Part shown: positions 51,202 to 63,997 of the stretch, in pieces
How positions within the stretch are numbered: the first letter of the stretch is position 1
Layout of the letters: each line of letters starts with the position of its first letter
NCBI RefSeq assembly: GCF_006345805.1
Contig: NC_042997.1
Coordinates: 33,356,001 to 33,420,000, forward strand
Direction: 5' to 3'
DNA length: 64,000 nt
Origin: Octopus sinensis
Lineage: Eukaryota
Position numbers and translations under genes: made by a program
The notes under the pieces: model-generated
The model's database searches: none
What the model was told of the DNA's origin: nothing
The model's input: only the letters and a program-made list of their open reading frames with translations

Positions 51202-51420
51202 ACGATCGGTTGCTGAAAAGTTCCTGGTTTGGGGTAAAAGAAAACACAGGAAGATCAGTTAACTATGATTTTATTCAACATATTCCCCTCTCAGATTCCC
51301 ACACTTATTGCAGCTACCCTTCAGTTTTTCTAAGCCCTGTGGAAGAACTTGGAAGGTTGGGCCTCTAACCAGGCGTTTTGTGATACCTTTAAAGTCAGGA
51401 GCTTTTCAGCAACACCTCGA
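51202..51420. mobile_element. Mariner-derived MITE
   Basis: Imperfect ~30-bp TIRs acgatcggttgctgaaaagttcctggttt / aaagtcaggagcttttcagcaacacctcga. Confidence 0.7.
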
Positions 51421-51485
51421 ACATACATACATGCATACATATATATGTATGTATGTATGTATATGTATGTATGTATGTGTGTGCG

Positions 51486-51516
<31 letters not shown>

Positions 51517-51518
51517 TA

Positions 51519-51592
<74 letters not shown>

Positions 51593-51596
<4 letters not shown>

Positions 51597-51841
51597 ACAA
51601 CTTATAAACAAGGGCAAAAGAAAAAATTCTAGTGCCGAATATGCCGAAAATAGACTAAATGTCAATAACCATATAATTTAACACTATAACCACGCATTCG
51701 AAGCAACGGAATTTTTTAGAAATTTCTGTCGGCTTGCTTCGAAACACGTGTTTATAGTGTTAAATTATATGGTTATTGACATTTTGTCTATTTTCGGCAT
51801 TAGAATTTTTTTTCTTTTGCCCTTGTTTATAAGTTGTTTAT
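51593..51841. repeat. ~250-bp palindrome with hammerhead-like half motif
   Basis: ~115-bp arms; near the centre TTC-GAAAC ACGT GT (palindromic ACACGTGT); CUGANGA half not seen. Confidence 0.8.
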
Positions 51842-52024
51842 AAATTTAACCTTTAAAGGTATTTTTTAATATGCTGGCCATTGATGAAATTTTTTTCGAA
51901 AAATTTTATCCTATATTAGATATATATATATGTGTGTGTGTGTACGTGTGTGTGTGTTAAATAAAATGAGACAACAAAGCCAAGGCAGTGTGAGATTTCT
52001 AGGACATTTATAAAAAGAAAGGTA

Positions 52025-52072
52025 GTCTTACAGCTGTTTCAAGGATATGAGGGATATCCTTTCATCGTAGAC
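52025..52072 (-). ncRNA. Hammerhead ribozyme motif, left arm (core mutated, stems perfect)
   Basis: GTCT-ACGATGA-AAGGATA TCCCTCA TATCCTT-GAAAC AGCT GTA-AGAC. Confidence 0.65.
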
Positions 52073-52308
52073 GATATGAGAGTTAAATTGAGGGAAATAT
52101 AAGAAGTTATTTTGGAAAGGGAGAGATATAGGATGTATAAATGAAAATAAAAGAATAAAAATAAAATATGTTGGATTTTATTTTAATTTAATTTTTATTT
52201 TATTTTTATTATTATTCTCTTATTTGCATTCATACATTCTATATCCCTCCCTTTCTAAAACAACTTCTTATATTGAACTCTACTATTTCCATCTAACTCT
52301 CTCAAATC

Positions 52309-52356
52309 GTCTCTGATGAAGGGATAACCCTCATATCCATGAAACAACTGTAAGAC
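52309..52356 (+). ncRNA. Hammerhead ribozyme motif, right arm (canonical CUGAUGA/GAAA core)
   Basis: GTCT-CTGATGA-AGGGATA ACCCTCA TATCCAT-GAAAC AACT GTA-AGAC; stem I GTCT/AGAC, GUA site. Confidence 0.75.
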
Positions 52357-52881
52357 TACCTTTCTCTTTATAAATGTCCTAGATATCTCACACTGCCTTG
52401 ACTTTGTTGTCACATTTTATTTAACATATACATGCTCACACACGACCCGCATTAGACTTCTCACTCATACTATTATTCAACTAGGAGTCTAAATACGGTC
52501 CTTCTGTAGCACCTCTCATATGTGTGTTATTGTTTTGTTAAGTTCCTAGCCTGCATTGTTCTAAGGTTTTAGAAATATTTATCTCATGTACAAAATGCTT
52601 CAAGAAAATTACCGCATTCTTATATTTGCGTGTGCAGGCACGTATGTATACATACATACCTATGCACATGTATGTGTGTGCATAAGTATCAGAGGATGAA
52701 GGTAGATATCAGAGAATATAGGTGCATATCTGCACCAATTACACTTTAAATCATGTGGAGTAGACTCAGTCTTTCATTAAATACTTTCGACTCCAGCTAA
52801 ATGTATTGAATGGTATTTGACTTCTTTTATTGCTATTCACATATATGTGTGAATGCCAACGATTGTGAGTGTGTGCGTGTG

Positions 52882-53235
<354 letters not shown>

Positions 53236-54119
53236 GGCTGGATGATAAGTATACAGGTAGGAAGGTGGGTAGGTTTAACGAACGTGACAAAATTACAAAC
53301 TATCTGTACGCAAAAGAAAAATCAATCATTAGAAAATTGAGAGAACGCAATTTTGGATAATTAGCATGTTGTCATTGGTGATGAAGGAAATGTCGAGAGC
53401 AAGAAGACGACGGGGAAAAGCAGACAGTGTACATTCCTAAAATAAAAAGATATTTTCAAATATTATTTTAATTTCGCATTTCGAATGGTTGGACTTAATG
53501 ACAACGGGTGCAACGACGACGACGACGACGACGTTAAAGAGAAGGGGAATGGAAAGAGCAGTGGGAAAAGGAGGGAATAATAGAATAATAGAATAATAGA
53601 ATAATAGTTTGTTTCAGTTAAAGAAAAATATCATTTTGATATTAGTGTTGTTGAAGTTGTTGAATTGGCATTGTTACTGATATTGTTACTGAGATTGTTG
53701 TTGATGTTGTTTGATGATTGCAGCTAATTCTTGTGGAAAAGACTCAAGAAAAATTTCTAGCAAGTCATACACATTCACATATATCAACACTTAAAGGTGT
53801 GTGTATATATGTGAGTTGCCTCTTTCACTATTACTCTCTAACGAAAGAGATTAATAGCGAGAGGAATAGCAAGAGGGAATTATTGATTTCTGGTGTAATC
53901 ACAAGATTTCAAGCAAATGATTCTATTTCTTGATTGATTGATTTTTTTCAAAATCGTATATGAGCTTGGCGTAATTTGAACGCAGAACTTAAAGGACCAT
54001 AACTAAATGCTGCAAAGCATTTTGCCCGACTTTCTGTCGAACTGATTTCCTACAGACACACAAGACTAAGAATTTTGTGTAGCAAGAAAACATGATTATA
54101 TCGAACTCAGTACTTCGGT

Positions 54120-54502
54120 AAGGCGGCGAGCTGGCCGAAACGTTAGCACGCCGGGCGAAATGCGTAGCCGTATTTCGTCTGCCGTTACGTTCTGAGTTCA
54201 AATTCCGCCGAGGTCGACTTTGCCTTTCATCCTTTCGGGGTCGATTAAATAAGTACCAGTTACGCACTGGGGTCGATATAATCGACTTAATCCGTTTGTC
54301 TGTCCTTGTTTGTCCTCTCTGTGTTTAGCCCCTTGTGGGTAATAAAGAAATAGGTAATTTCGTCTGTCTTTACGTTCTGAGTTCAAATTCTGTCTTTCAT
54401 CCTTTCGAGGTCGATAAATTAAGAACCAGTTGCGTACTGGGGGCGATCTAATCGACTGGCCTTCTTCCCCAAAAAATTCGAGCCTTGTACCTAGAATAGA
54501 AA
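54120..54502 (+). mobile_element. Family A SINE heterodimer (A1 unit + head-truncated A2 unit) with 18-bp TSD
   Basis: TSD cgaactcagtacttcggt at 54102-54119 and 54503-54520; junction aaagaaata|ggtaatttcgtc at ~54353. Confidence 0.9.
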
Positions 54503-56263
54503 CGAACTCAGTACTTCGGTGGGACTTTCTTTTACGGGCCATGGAAGTATGAAAAGTAAAGTTGACTCTCGTAGGATCTGAACTCTGAACTCACAGATCC
54601 GGAACAAATACTGCATGACATTTTCTCCAACGCTCTAACGATTAATGAAACAGAAAAAGAAATCATTAACGAAATCGAAAGAAATAGTCAGTGCAAGAGC
54701 AGGAGGAGGAGGAAGAGCTACAGAAGGACTGGTGCTATTTGGCCCAAGCTCAGCTCTGAGTAAGCAAGCCTATAATCAAAAGCATTCCAATCATGACTAT
54801 CTGTTTTGTTTTGGTTTTGTGGTGAGCAGTGGGAGGATGAATTACGTAGAACTATGTTGGCTATTATCGTTTCCTTCTTTAAGACGTTAGGAGGAGGTGT
54901 TTGGCAACCATTTCTAGTAGGTCAAGCGATTATGTAGTGTCTTGCTGGTAAATGGTTCGCTATTGCTTTCAACTGGGTGACATGACACGCAACAAAGTAA
55001 AACAGTATCTATTTTGTAACAAATTATATTGTTTATATTTGTTGATCATCTTTTACGCTATATGTTGTAACTAATATTTTCAACCTTTTCACAAACATCT
55101 ATTCGTTGGACATTAACCACCTTGGACATTGTAATTTCTAAGAGAAATGCAACAGAGCAAACATTTTGGAATAAACTGATGTGAGATGCTTGTGTATTAG
55201 ACTCCTCAGTGCTTGTATTTTATTGTCCAAGATACATCTAAATACAGTTCGAGGAGAATTGTTCTCCATGCTGATCACTGAATAAAGTAAACACCTTTCT
55301 ACAACAGCCTGTCTTCGTATCAAGTATGGAGAATTTGTGTAGCAGTTTGTAAAAGCTGTTCCTCGTGAACAGTCGTCTGTCGCATAACAACGACAATATA
55401 AGTTATGACTTAAATAGATTTTCCAAACTACTGCCGTTGGAGATATCAGACGAGGTTTTGCGCAAATCTTCTTCAAACCACTCTCCCGTTTTGATAAAAA
55501 GAATACATTAGAGATCGCCGTCTTAGATGCACAGTCATTGAAACAAAATATATGATAGGGTGGTCACTTCTACATTGCTTTTGATCAAGGATCACCTGGA
55601 GATAAAGAACAAGAAACAACAACGACAGGAAATCTTTCTCCGAACAGAAAGATTCTTCTCGACGTTTCCTCCTCGCAGCAAAATTAGTTGTTACACTTTA
55701 TAAACATTTCGTACTATTATGTATTTATGTGCCGCAAGTTTCCTCGGGTTCATCAATTGAAATGATCCTGAGAACTTTATTTTAGGTTTAATTCACTAGA
55801 GTTCAGTTGGTGGTGCACGTTATAGGAAACGTGCTCTATGACTCATCGAATTTACATTGCAGATAATGACTCTTCCATCTGTATTTTGCTCGTTTGCGAC
55901 TTTGTATAGCACTCTACGGTTATGTACAACTCTATTATTAATCGGGAGGAAATATTTGGTCCATACCAGCTTGATGACCGGGAAAGTCCGGTCCCTTTTT
56001 CACAAATATCTTCCAATTCAAAACTCAGCATATTTCTTTTGATAATACTTTTGTTTACTCTTTGGCTCTCGAAAGTCACACACCAGTCATGATGCGAGTG
56101 GTTTGTTCTACCACGCCTTGCTGCTAATATTGTCGCTTCTTCTCTGTTTCTAGTGACATTTTGTATTCTTTTTAACCTAATTTTCTGCTCAAATAGTAGA
56201 TGTACTTCCCAGCTTGCACTAACTTTTGCCTTTTCTCTTGAGTGTTACTTCTCTTCTGTAAGT

Positions 56264-56495
56264 GAAGACGCGTGGCCTAATGGTTAGGGTATTGCACTCA
56301 CAATCGGAAGATCCTGGTTTCGATTCTCGAACTGGACGTTTCATTGTGTTCTTCAATTTCAAGTTGCTCCAGTTCACTCAGCTGTAAATGATTAACCCTT
56401 CCTGCGACAGACCGGCGTCCCATTCTATCGGAATGCTGTGATCTTGGTCACTTATACTCCGTGGGAACCTAGCAACCGGACCTATGAGTCTTAGC
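56264..56495 (+). mobile_element. tRNA(Arg)-like SINE, family B body with T6-like tail, diverged
   Basis: cgcgtggcctaatggttaggg head; gttgctccagttcactcagctgtaaatg body; cctgcgacagaccggcgtccc...aaccggacctatgag tail. Confidence 0.7.
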
Positions 56496-57154
56496 ACACA
56501 ACACTATAATGTCCGGGGAACATATCTTTCTTCTGTGCCTCCTTAAAAAACAATTCCTCATTTTTCCATGAAACAGTGAGTTGTGGCTTAGCTTTAGTAA
56601 TGACTTTACTCGAAATTCGTAAGTTCAGGAATTTGTAGAGATTCCATGTAACTCTTGCTGTTTTCAGTTATTGAAATTCAAGGTATCACATGTAACTTGC
56701 TCTTGCTGATAATCTGAAGAAACGTGGAGATGTAACAATTGCAGACAACGGAAATCAAAAGCATATATTGATGATTAATAGGATATATATATATATATAC
56801 TAACTGTGCTGAATAGAGGTAATAAACCATCTTTACGATACAGATACTATTTTCCTTTGAGTTATTTCATTTCACTTATTTTTTGTATCTCTCACTTACA
56901 ACGTCTTCTTCATATCTCTTGGAATGTGATGCAAGTATGCCATAAACCTAATTAGGATGAGGATAGCATCGAAATCTCTTCTCGTTAGAACTTCGGTATT
57001 AACGTCATCTAATGGAGTCATCGCACTCTAAGCCATTAACAACAGCCATAAATCGTTGGTGTGGGAGGAAAGTGACGTAAAATACAATAGAACTTATGCA
57101 ACAGATTTAACCTGCAGGGAATTTTAGTTCAATCTCGAGTGTTAGCAAAATACG

Positions 57155-57595
57155 TACATGCGTATGTATGTGTGTGTGTATGTATGTATGCATGTATGTA
57201 TGTATGCATGTGTGTATGTATGCATGTATGTATGTAGGTATGTGTGTATGTATGTATGCATGTATGTGTGTATGTATGTATGTATGTATGTATGCACGTA
57301 TGTATGTATGTATGTATGTATGTGTGTATGTATGTATGTATGTATGTATGTATGTGTGTATGTATGTATGTATGTATGTATGCATGTATGTATGTATGTA
57401 TGTATGTATGTATGCATGTATGTATGTATGCATGTATGCATGTATGTATGTATGTATGTATGTATGCACGTATGTATGTATGTATGTATGTATGCATGTA
57501 TGTATGTATGCATGTATGTATGTATGCATGTATGCATGTATGTATGTATGTATGTATGTATGTATGCATGTGTGTGTATGTGTGTGTGTATGTGT
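57155..57595. repeat. (TATG)n array with CATG/TGTG variants
   Basis: Direct reading; source of the MYVC/HTYI ORFs. Confidence 0.95.
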
Positions 57596-57797
57596 TTACG
57601 TTAAATAGTTATTTTACCTGTTTACTTTAAGTGGACAATAGGTTGTATTCATATCGATTATAATTTCCTCAGAAGAGATTTTCAAATAAATATTTCTAGA
57701 TGCATCGACGTTATACAGGTTTCATATAAATGTATGTGCGTGTATGTATAATGTATACATGCGCATATATACATATATGCACACATACACCTATATA

Positions 57798-58110
57798 GGA
57801 GCGCTCCGTCGGTTACGACGACGAGGGTCCCAGCTGATACGATCAACGGAACAGCCTGCTCGTGAAATTAACGTGTAAGTGGCTGAGCAATCCGCAGACA
57901 CGCGTACCCCCAACGTAGTTCTCAGGGAGATTCAGCGTGACACAGAGTGTGACAAGGCCGGCCCTTTGAAAAACAGGCACAACTCGTTTTTGCCAGCTGA
58001 GTGGAGTGGAGCAACGGGAAATAAAGCGTCTTGCTCAAGGACACAACGCGTCGCCAGGAATCGAACTCGCGACCTTACAATCGTGAGCCGAATGCCCTAA
58101 CCACTAAGCC
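57798..58110 (-). mobile_element. Family B SINE (CORE-like body) with tail T3
   Basis: Flanking repeat acacatacacctata(ta) at 57781 and 58111; tail shared with 50117-50502 and 58957-59343. Confidence 0.88.
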
Positions 58111-58125
58111 ACACATACACCTATA

Positions 58126-58520
58126 TCTTTATATATAAAACTGTAGTTGTGTGAGTGTCTGTCCCCTTCGATTTAGATTCCTAACTACTCCCACATTTTG
58201 CGGTGCAGTTTAACCAAAACCAGGTATCTTATAGTCGCGATTCATATCGAGCCCTTCTGGGTATTAGCGCGCATCTACGATGAGTCTACGATTTTAAAAA
58301 TAATTTACCATAATTTTTTTCCATTTTCATGCATATTTTTTTAAAGGGAAGTAACTCTCTTAAAATGTCTACGATGAGTCAACGATTTTTAAAAAAATTT
58401 ACCATCATATTTTTTCCATTTTTAATGCATTTTTTTCCTATTTTTTTGCTATAACTCTCTAAAAATGCTTATATAGTTATTTCCCTTACAAACCCGAGCA
58501 ACGCCGGGCGATACTGCTAG
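58126..58520 (+). mobile_element. Non-autonomous Helitron (family of 10730-11429)
   Basis: A|TCTTTATATATAAAAC ... cccgagcaacgccgggcgatactgCTAG|T. Confidence 0.92.
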
Positions 58521-58956
58521 TATATTATAAATGTGTATGTGTTAGGGAAAAGAAAAGAGCACTGAATACATATCGTGAATGTTAAATATTTGTAATATCC
58601 GTTTGTGACTTAAACCTCTTTTGCTCAAAACTTTACAAACGTAAAAGCATGTCTGATTATGCAGATGCGGCAGTGTTAAGAAGTGGAGTGACTGTGAGTC
58701 CTAAACAAGCTTGATTGTCATTGGGTGTTATGTAAAGTTCATTCTTATTTGTGGGTTCGAGTCACCTGAACGTAACAGCAATTAAACGGTTGCTTGATTT
58801 TGGAACAATTACAAGATAGTATTGATCAACTAGTGAATGACGAAAAGTAGAGTTTTCATTGCTTTCATTAGAAATTCTTGCAGGATCTTTTGTAAAATTT
58901 GTGAAAAATGATTATATTGTAATTATCAAATACCGGTTTAAAATTGATAAATAGAG

Positions 58957-59343
58957 TGGTGGAAGCACTCCGTCGGTTACGACGACGAGGGTTCCGGTTG
59001 ATCCGATCAACGGAACAGCCTGCTCGTGAAATTAACGTGCAAGTGGCTGAGCACTCCACAGACACGTGTACCCTTAACGCAGTTCTCGGGGATATTCAGC
59101 GTGACACGGAGAGTGACGAGGCCAGCCCTTTGAAATACAGGTACAACAGAAACAGGAAGTAAGAGCGAGAGAAAGTTGTGGTGAAAGAGTACAGCAGGGA
59201 TCACCACCATCCCCTGCCGGAGCCTCGTGGAGCTTTAGGTGTTTTCGCTCAATAAACACTCACAACGCTCGGTCTGGGAATCGAAACCGCGATCCTACGA
59301 CCGCGAGTCCGCTGCCCTAACCACTGGGCCATTGCGCCTCCAC
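58957..59343 (-). mobile_element. Family C SINE with tail T3
   Basis: 11-bp TSD gataaatagag (58946-58956, 59344-59354). Confidence 0.92.
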
Positions 59344-59399
59344 GATAAATAGAGAGCTCCGTTGGTAACAGCAGGTTCGAATTTAGTATCCTTGTTATA

Positions 59400-60010
59400 G
59401 GATGCAGTGGGTTGTTATATTATATGCAGTTTCTTGGGGAGGCAAAACAAGGCCCGTCCATTTCGCCCATATTCAGGACAAATATGAAGGGCCTTGTAGA
59501 GTATTCTCTAAGATATGCTGAGCAGGCTATTTTGCCCGCCCCGAAGCCCCCTGATACTATGGAGCTGCGAAGTAGAGTTTTTCCCTGTACCTACACTGAA
59601 GGAGTATATATAGTGGATGAATCTTCCCTTGAAGATTTTGGCGGTGGATCTCGTGCAGTATCTCAGGATAACAACAGCTGAAGTAAAGGGCTCCAAAGCA
59701 GCATTTGGGAAGGCAGTATCCCTTCAATGAACAGCTGGATTAATTTTAGCAGCTGCAAATGGGTACCGGGGTTAGGGGCTCTAAAGATGTATGCCTTTAT
59801 TAGTTGTAGCCCGTAATGTTGGAACTGGCGTTATCTAGATAGGATTAGCTTACCTTGACATTATGCATACTATTTATGTATGTTTAGGTTTGGGAAATTG
59901 AGTCTAATGTGGGATAAAATGTTTCTGATCATATTCGTAGAGGCATCTGTACTAAATGGAGAATTTAGCCAAAGTATTTTCCTATTTATAACTCTCTTCA
60001 AGGGTGGGAA
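59400..60010 (-). pseudogene. Possible very decayed LINE ORF2 fragment (post-RT region)
   Basis: Broken frames KYFG*IL, LQLIKAYIFR, HLQLLKLIQ, CFGA..TSAV loosely follow the I/Nimb-type order; weak. Confidence 0.3.
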
Positions 60011-61183
60011 ATGGGATCCTCTACATACGGTCTTCCTCCTCTGAATAAGTCACATGAAAAAGAAAAAAGGTAAAAACTAATGAGATTAAACCTAGAATTA
60101 AAACTCTGTTGTTAACTAACGGTGCAATTCTTGTTCTACAGCATTTGCCATACTTCTAATCTTGAAAAATAGATACAAACTAAAAATACAGCTGTAGAGA
60201 CCACAGTTGCAACAATTAACAAGTCAACATTGGTCTGTGTTGTTTGTCTGCTATTCTGCTGTGGGATGACGTGATGGATAGAACCAGTGGGCTGAAATAG
60301 TTTTCAAAGACTAAGCTCAATCCGAAACATTCGTATCGACTTCCTATCTCAAAACGCACTCACCGTACACCATTTCTTTCTAGTGTATATATTAAAAAAA
60401 AACATTCAGTCTACAGAGTCTGATTCTTATCGCCTCTCATTATTTCAGACAGATCGTCTTAAGATAAATATATTCATCGAATTACTTGATCTAACATAAA
60501 GAAGTTTTGTGAAATATTGCAAGTTCTAGGCAATAAAACCCTCTTAAGTAAAACAGTCTACTTCTTTCCTAGATATTTCATTTCATTTTATTTTTTATTT
60601 TTCCGTATATATATATTTGTCTCACCTGTCAGTCTCGTACACACGTCCATTCACGCGCGCACTCAGCCAATTATCTATTCTCTTTCTCTATTTCACTTCT
60701 CTACTTCTTCAGTCTTTCACATGTATTTACTTAATACACCTAACGTTAAGTTTATTTTGATTTATTAATTGTTTGCTGTAGCTAAAATATCCAATACATT
60801 TTCAGGAATGCTTCTAAGCAATCAAAAGAAAAACTTTACCTCGCTTATTTTCTTCTCTCGTTACAAAATTACGTTTATAGAAGCTCCTTGCTAAAGCAAT
60901 TGCTTTAAATTGTTTACGTATTTTTATCGACCTCTGCAACTAAAACTAAATAGGTGAATCGCAAGTTTATAAATGATATATACCATCAAAGCTGGCGCCT
61001 ATATAAATAAGGATCTTTGATGAGAAACTACTTGGATTTTTTAATTCCATGTATCGCGTTGTCTAATATTACCACAGCCGCCAAAGGACCTGTATTTAGC
61101 CGTCGTTAGATGTGCTAAAATAGCAGCCTATCTTTCCCACCACTTCCTGGTGTCTTTAAAAGAAAGGAGGGCATTGGATAATA

Positions 61184-61412
61184 TACTCTCTTTACTCTTT
61201 TACTTGTTTCAGTCATTTGACTGTGGCCATGCTGGAGCACCGCCTTTTATTCGAGCAAATCGACCCCGGGACTTATTCTTTGTAAGCCCAGTACTTATTC
61301 TATCGGTCTCTTTTGCCGAACCGCTAAGTGACGGCGACGTAAACACACCAGCATCGGTTGTCAAGCAATGCTAGGGGGACAAACACAGACACACAAACAC
61401 ACATACACACAT

Positions 61413-61463
<51 letters not shown>

Positions 61464-61627
61464 TACGACAGGCTTCTTTCAGTTTCCGTCTACCAAATCC
61501 ACTCACAAGGCATTGGTCGGCCCGGGACTATAGCAGAAGACACTTGCCCAAGATGCCACGCAGTGGGACTGAACCCGGAACCATGTGGTTGGTTAGCAAG
61601 CTACTTACCACACAGCCACTCCTGCGC
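61184..61627 (-). mobile_element. Family E SINE
   Basis: Closely similar to 21208-21626, including the internal (CA)(TA) tract. Confidence 0.88.
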
Positions 61628-63913
61628 CTGAAATATAGCCTGAAATTGTTTTAAAAGACGAGAAGATCACAGTGGTAATGCTTTTGTTTATAAGTCTGCT
61701 CAAGCAAGATTATTCTGGGAGATAAGTAACAATAATTACGTATCTATATAATTGGATAGCATGCAATTTCTTGATGTTCCTATATTTTCTAAGGGCATCA
61801 GTGGCTTAGGTGATGTGAAATAGGTTTAAATCTATCATCGAAAACCTGAAAGCTCTATCTTTGTTCTATTCGTGCCCGACACGAATATGTATCAAGAAAG
61901 TCATTGATTTCTAGCGCTGGCACTAAGCCATATATTTAGGAAATAAACACAGCCGATAAAATCGACCCAAGTAATTGACTGGTATATATATTATCAAACT
62001 TGGCTGCAACTTATCTATCAAAGTGGTATTTACTTTATTGAACAAAAAAAAAAGAAAAGAGAGAAATGGGCCGGACAGAATATACTCTAAAACTTACAGA
62101 GACGTGAATACTGCAAACATTTGATCCAACGTTGAAAATTCTACTTATATTAAGTTGCAGAACTCTCTGGGGTCAATTAAATAAAGTACCAGTGAGGTAC
62201 TGGTATCGATAATATATAGTTATTCCTCAACCCTACAAAATTGCTAGCCTTGTGTCTAGATCAAAAACAATATTAAATGGCAGAATCTTTAGGGTGAAGA
62301 CCCAATGCCTTACAGTATTTGTTCCTACTTTTTACGTTGTGAGCTTAAATCCAGGTCGATAAAATAAGATACCAGTGATCTACTAGGTCGATTTTACCCA
62401 CTTACCGTCTACCACCACAATTATGTCCTTGTGCCTCTGGAAACGATAATTAATATCGTTATCATTAAGTATGGTAGAATTGTTAGAGACAGACAAAATA
62501 CGTTGTATTTAGTTACGGTCATTTTTGCTCTGAGTTCAAATCCGGCCAAGTTCAACTTTGCCTTTCATCCTTCCAGTGAAATACAAAAAGTCGATGATAT
62601 TGGCTGCAAGCCTTCTGTCTAAATTTTTTAAAAAACGATGCTATGTACAGAAAAAGTTGTGTCGATTAAACTTTTTGACTCGATACACAAGGTCTTCTAT
62701 TCGACCTCAACCCGAGTTATGTTACGGACTGCGCAGTTAACATCACCATTGATTACTTACGTAAATGCAATGTCTCGAATATTACATAAGCATCTTATTT
62801 CAAATGAATCCGAAACAATTCAACGTATTTTGGCAAAATCTATTGCGAAACGCGTCCAAAATTATGTTATTTTACGCAAGTTATCTTCTACGCAATTACT
62901 TTTTTGTATTGCTAGGTGGTAGCCTTCTAAACTAGCTCTTTCAACACTATACCCAGCCATATACAGCGGAAACACCTGTCTCTTTTTTTTGCACTCCGTA
63001 TTGTCTCCGGCATCCCAAACTACCCACTGATCGCTTTATTTTTTAATTCTTTCTCCATCAGAATGTTCATATATTGGAATTTCTTCCCTCACCCACGTTA
63101 ACATACAAATGTTAACATACAAATGTTAACATACAAATGTCCAAATGGAGCATAAAACGTTTCAATATCACCAGTCTGGAAGAACCCACGAAGGTTAGAA
63201 ATACAGATTCGCCTCATAAAAACAACCGACGTTCTTGCTTTCTTGTTATTTTTATTTTACTTTATTCTATTTTATTTACTCCTTAGTTGTGCAGAAAAGA
63301 GCAGTAGTAACTGCCGGGGAAAACAAATTATTTTCAAGTAGGTCTGAATTAGGGCACAGATTCCAAGTCGATAGTATTTACCTTTTAGTTAGAATGGGAA
63401 GAGCAGCGTCCATATCCCTTTCTTTTTCCAGCACTTCTGAGACTGGTGTTGAAGAATTAAGATGGGCGGTTATCCTTAAACCGGAGATCTTGTTTCAATG
63501 CCTGCAGCAGACTGAACTCTGTTAAACGTACCGAAGAATTAGTCGGTAGCGTTAAACCGGTTTATAAATTTAAGTTCTTTAAACCAAAAATTTAAACGCA
63601 AAGAGCTAGTTCAAATATCACATGGCACTGCATCTGATGCTGTATCAATTCCGCCAATTTACCGACCTAGACTGGACCCTTCGTTTTATTTTATTTTATT
63701 TTATTTTCTCTCTGCAAAGACGAAATGCAAAGATGATCTATGTGGGGTTTTCAGATCACAGGGAGCCGGAGCATACACTGCAAGGCATCAGATGAGGTGC
63801 CATGTGATATTTGAACTAGCAAATAACTCGCTGTCTACGATCATAGAAATAATATTATAATGTGTAGAGTGTTCGGGCAAAATTTAACAATTTTTGTCTC
63901 CTTTTTTTTTCAG

Positions 63914-63997
63914 AAACTGTCAGCGGCGTTGGAGAGCATAAAGATTAAAGTTGTAGATGAGAAGAAGTTAGCTGACATGAAGGACTGGAAACCATAA
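63914..63997 (+). CDS. Candidate terminal coding exon of an unidentified host gene (KLSAALESIKIKVVDEKKLADMKDWKP*)
   Basis: Strong acceptor tttttgtctccttttttttttcag at 63891-63913; phase-0 frame open 27 codons to TAA while the other two frames stop sooner; non-repetitive, protein-like composition. Confidence 0.5.
   Translation, partial: KLSAALESIKIKVVDEKKLADMKDWKP

Larger units (their letters stand above)
51955..52426. mobile_element. ~470-bp palindrome of inverted Penelope-like terminal repeats, one hammerhead per arm
   Basis: Arms tgttaaataaaatg... / ...cattttatttaaca with an AT-rich centre; hammerheads at 52025-52072 (-) and 52309-52356 (+). Confidence 0.75.

Noticed and set aside
55943-55963. 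REEIFGP resembles the aldehyde dehydrogenase EEIFGP motif
   Set aside because: Flanking residues do not follow ALDH and the frame ends 43 codons later; not used for a product call.
59531-59563. P-loop-like peptide IVSGGFGAGK on the minus strand
   Set aside because: Short frame bounded by stops, no NTPase or myosin context, no splice signals; lies in a probable decayed LINE.
55138-63525. Non-repetitive ORFs of 94-112 aa (55138-55476, 62638-62922, 63235-63525)
   Set aside because: No recognisable motif, mostly non-ATG starts, and lengths expected by chance across six frames.
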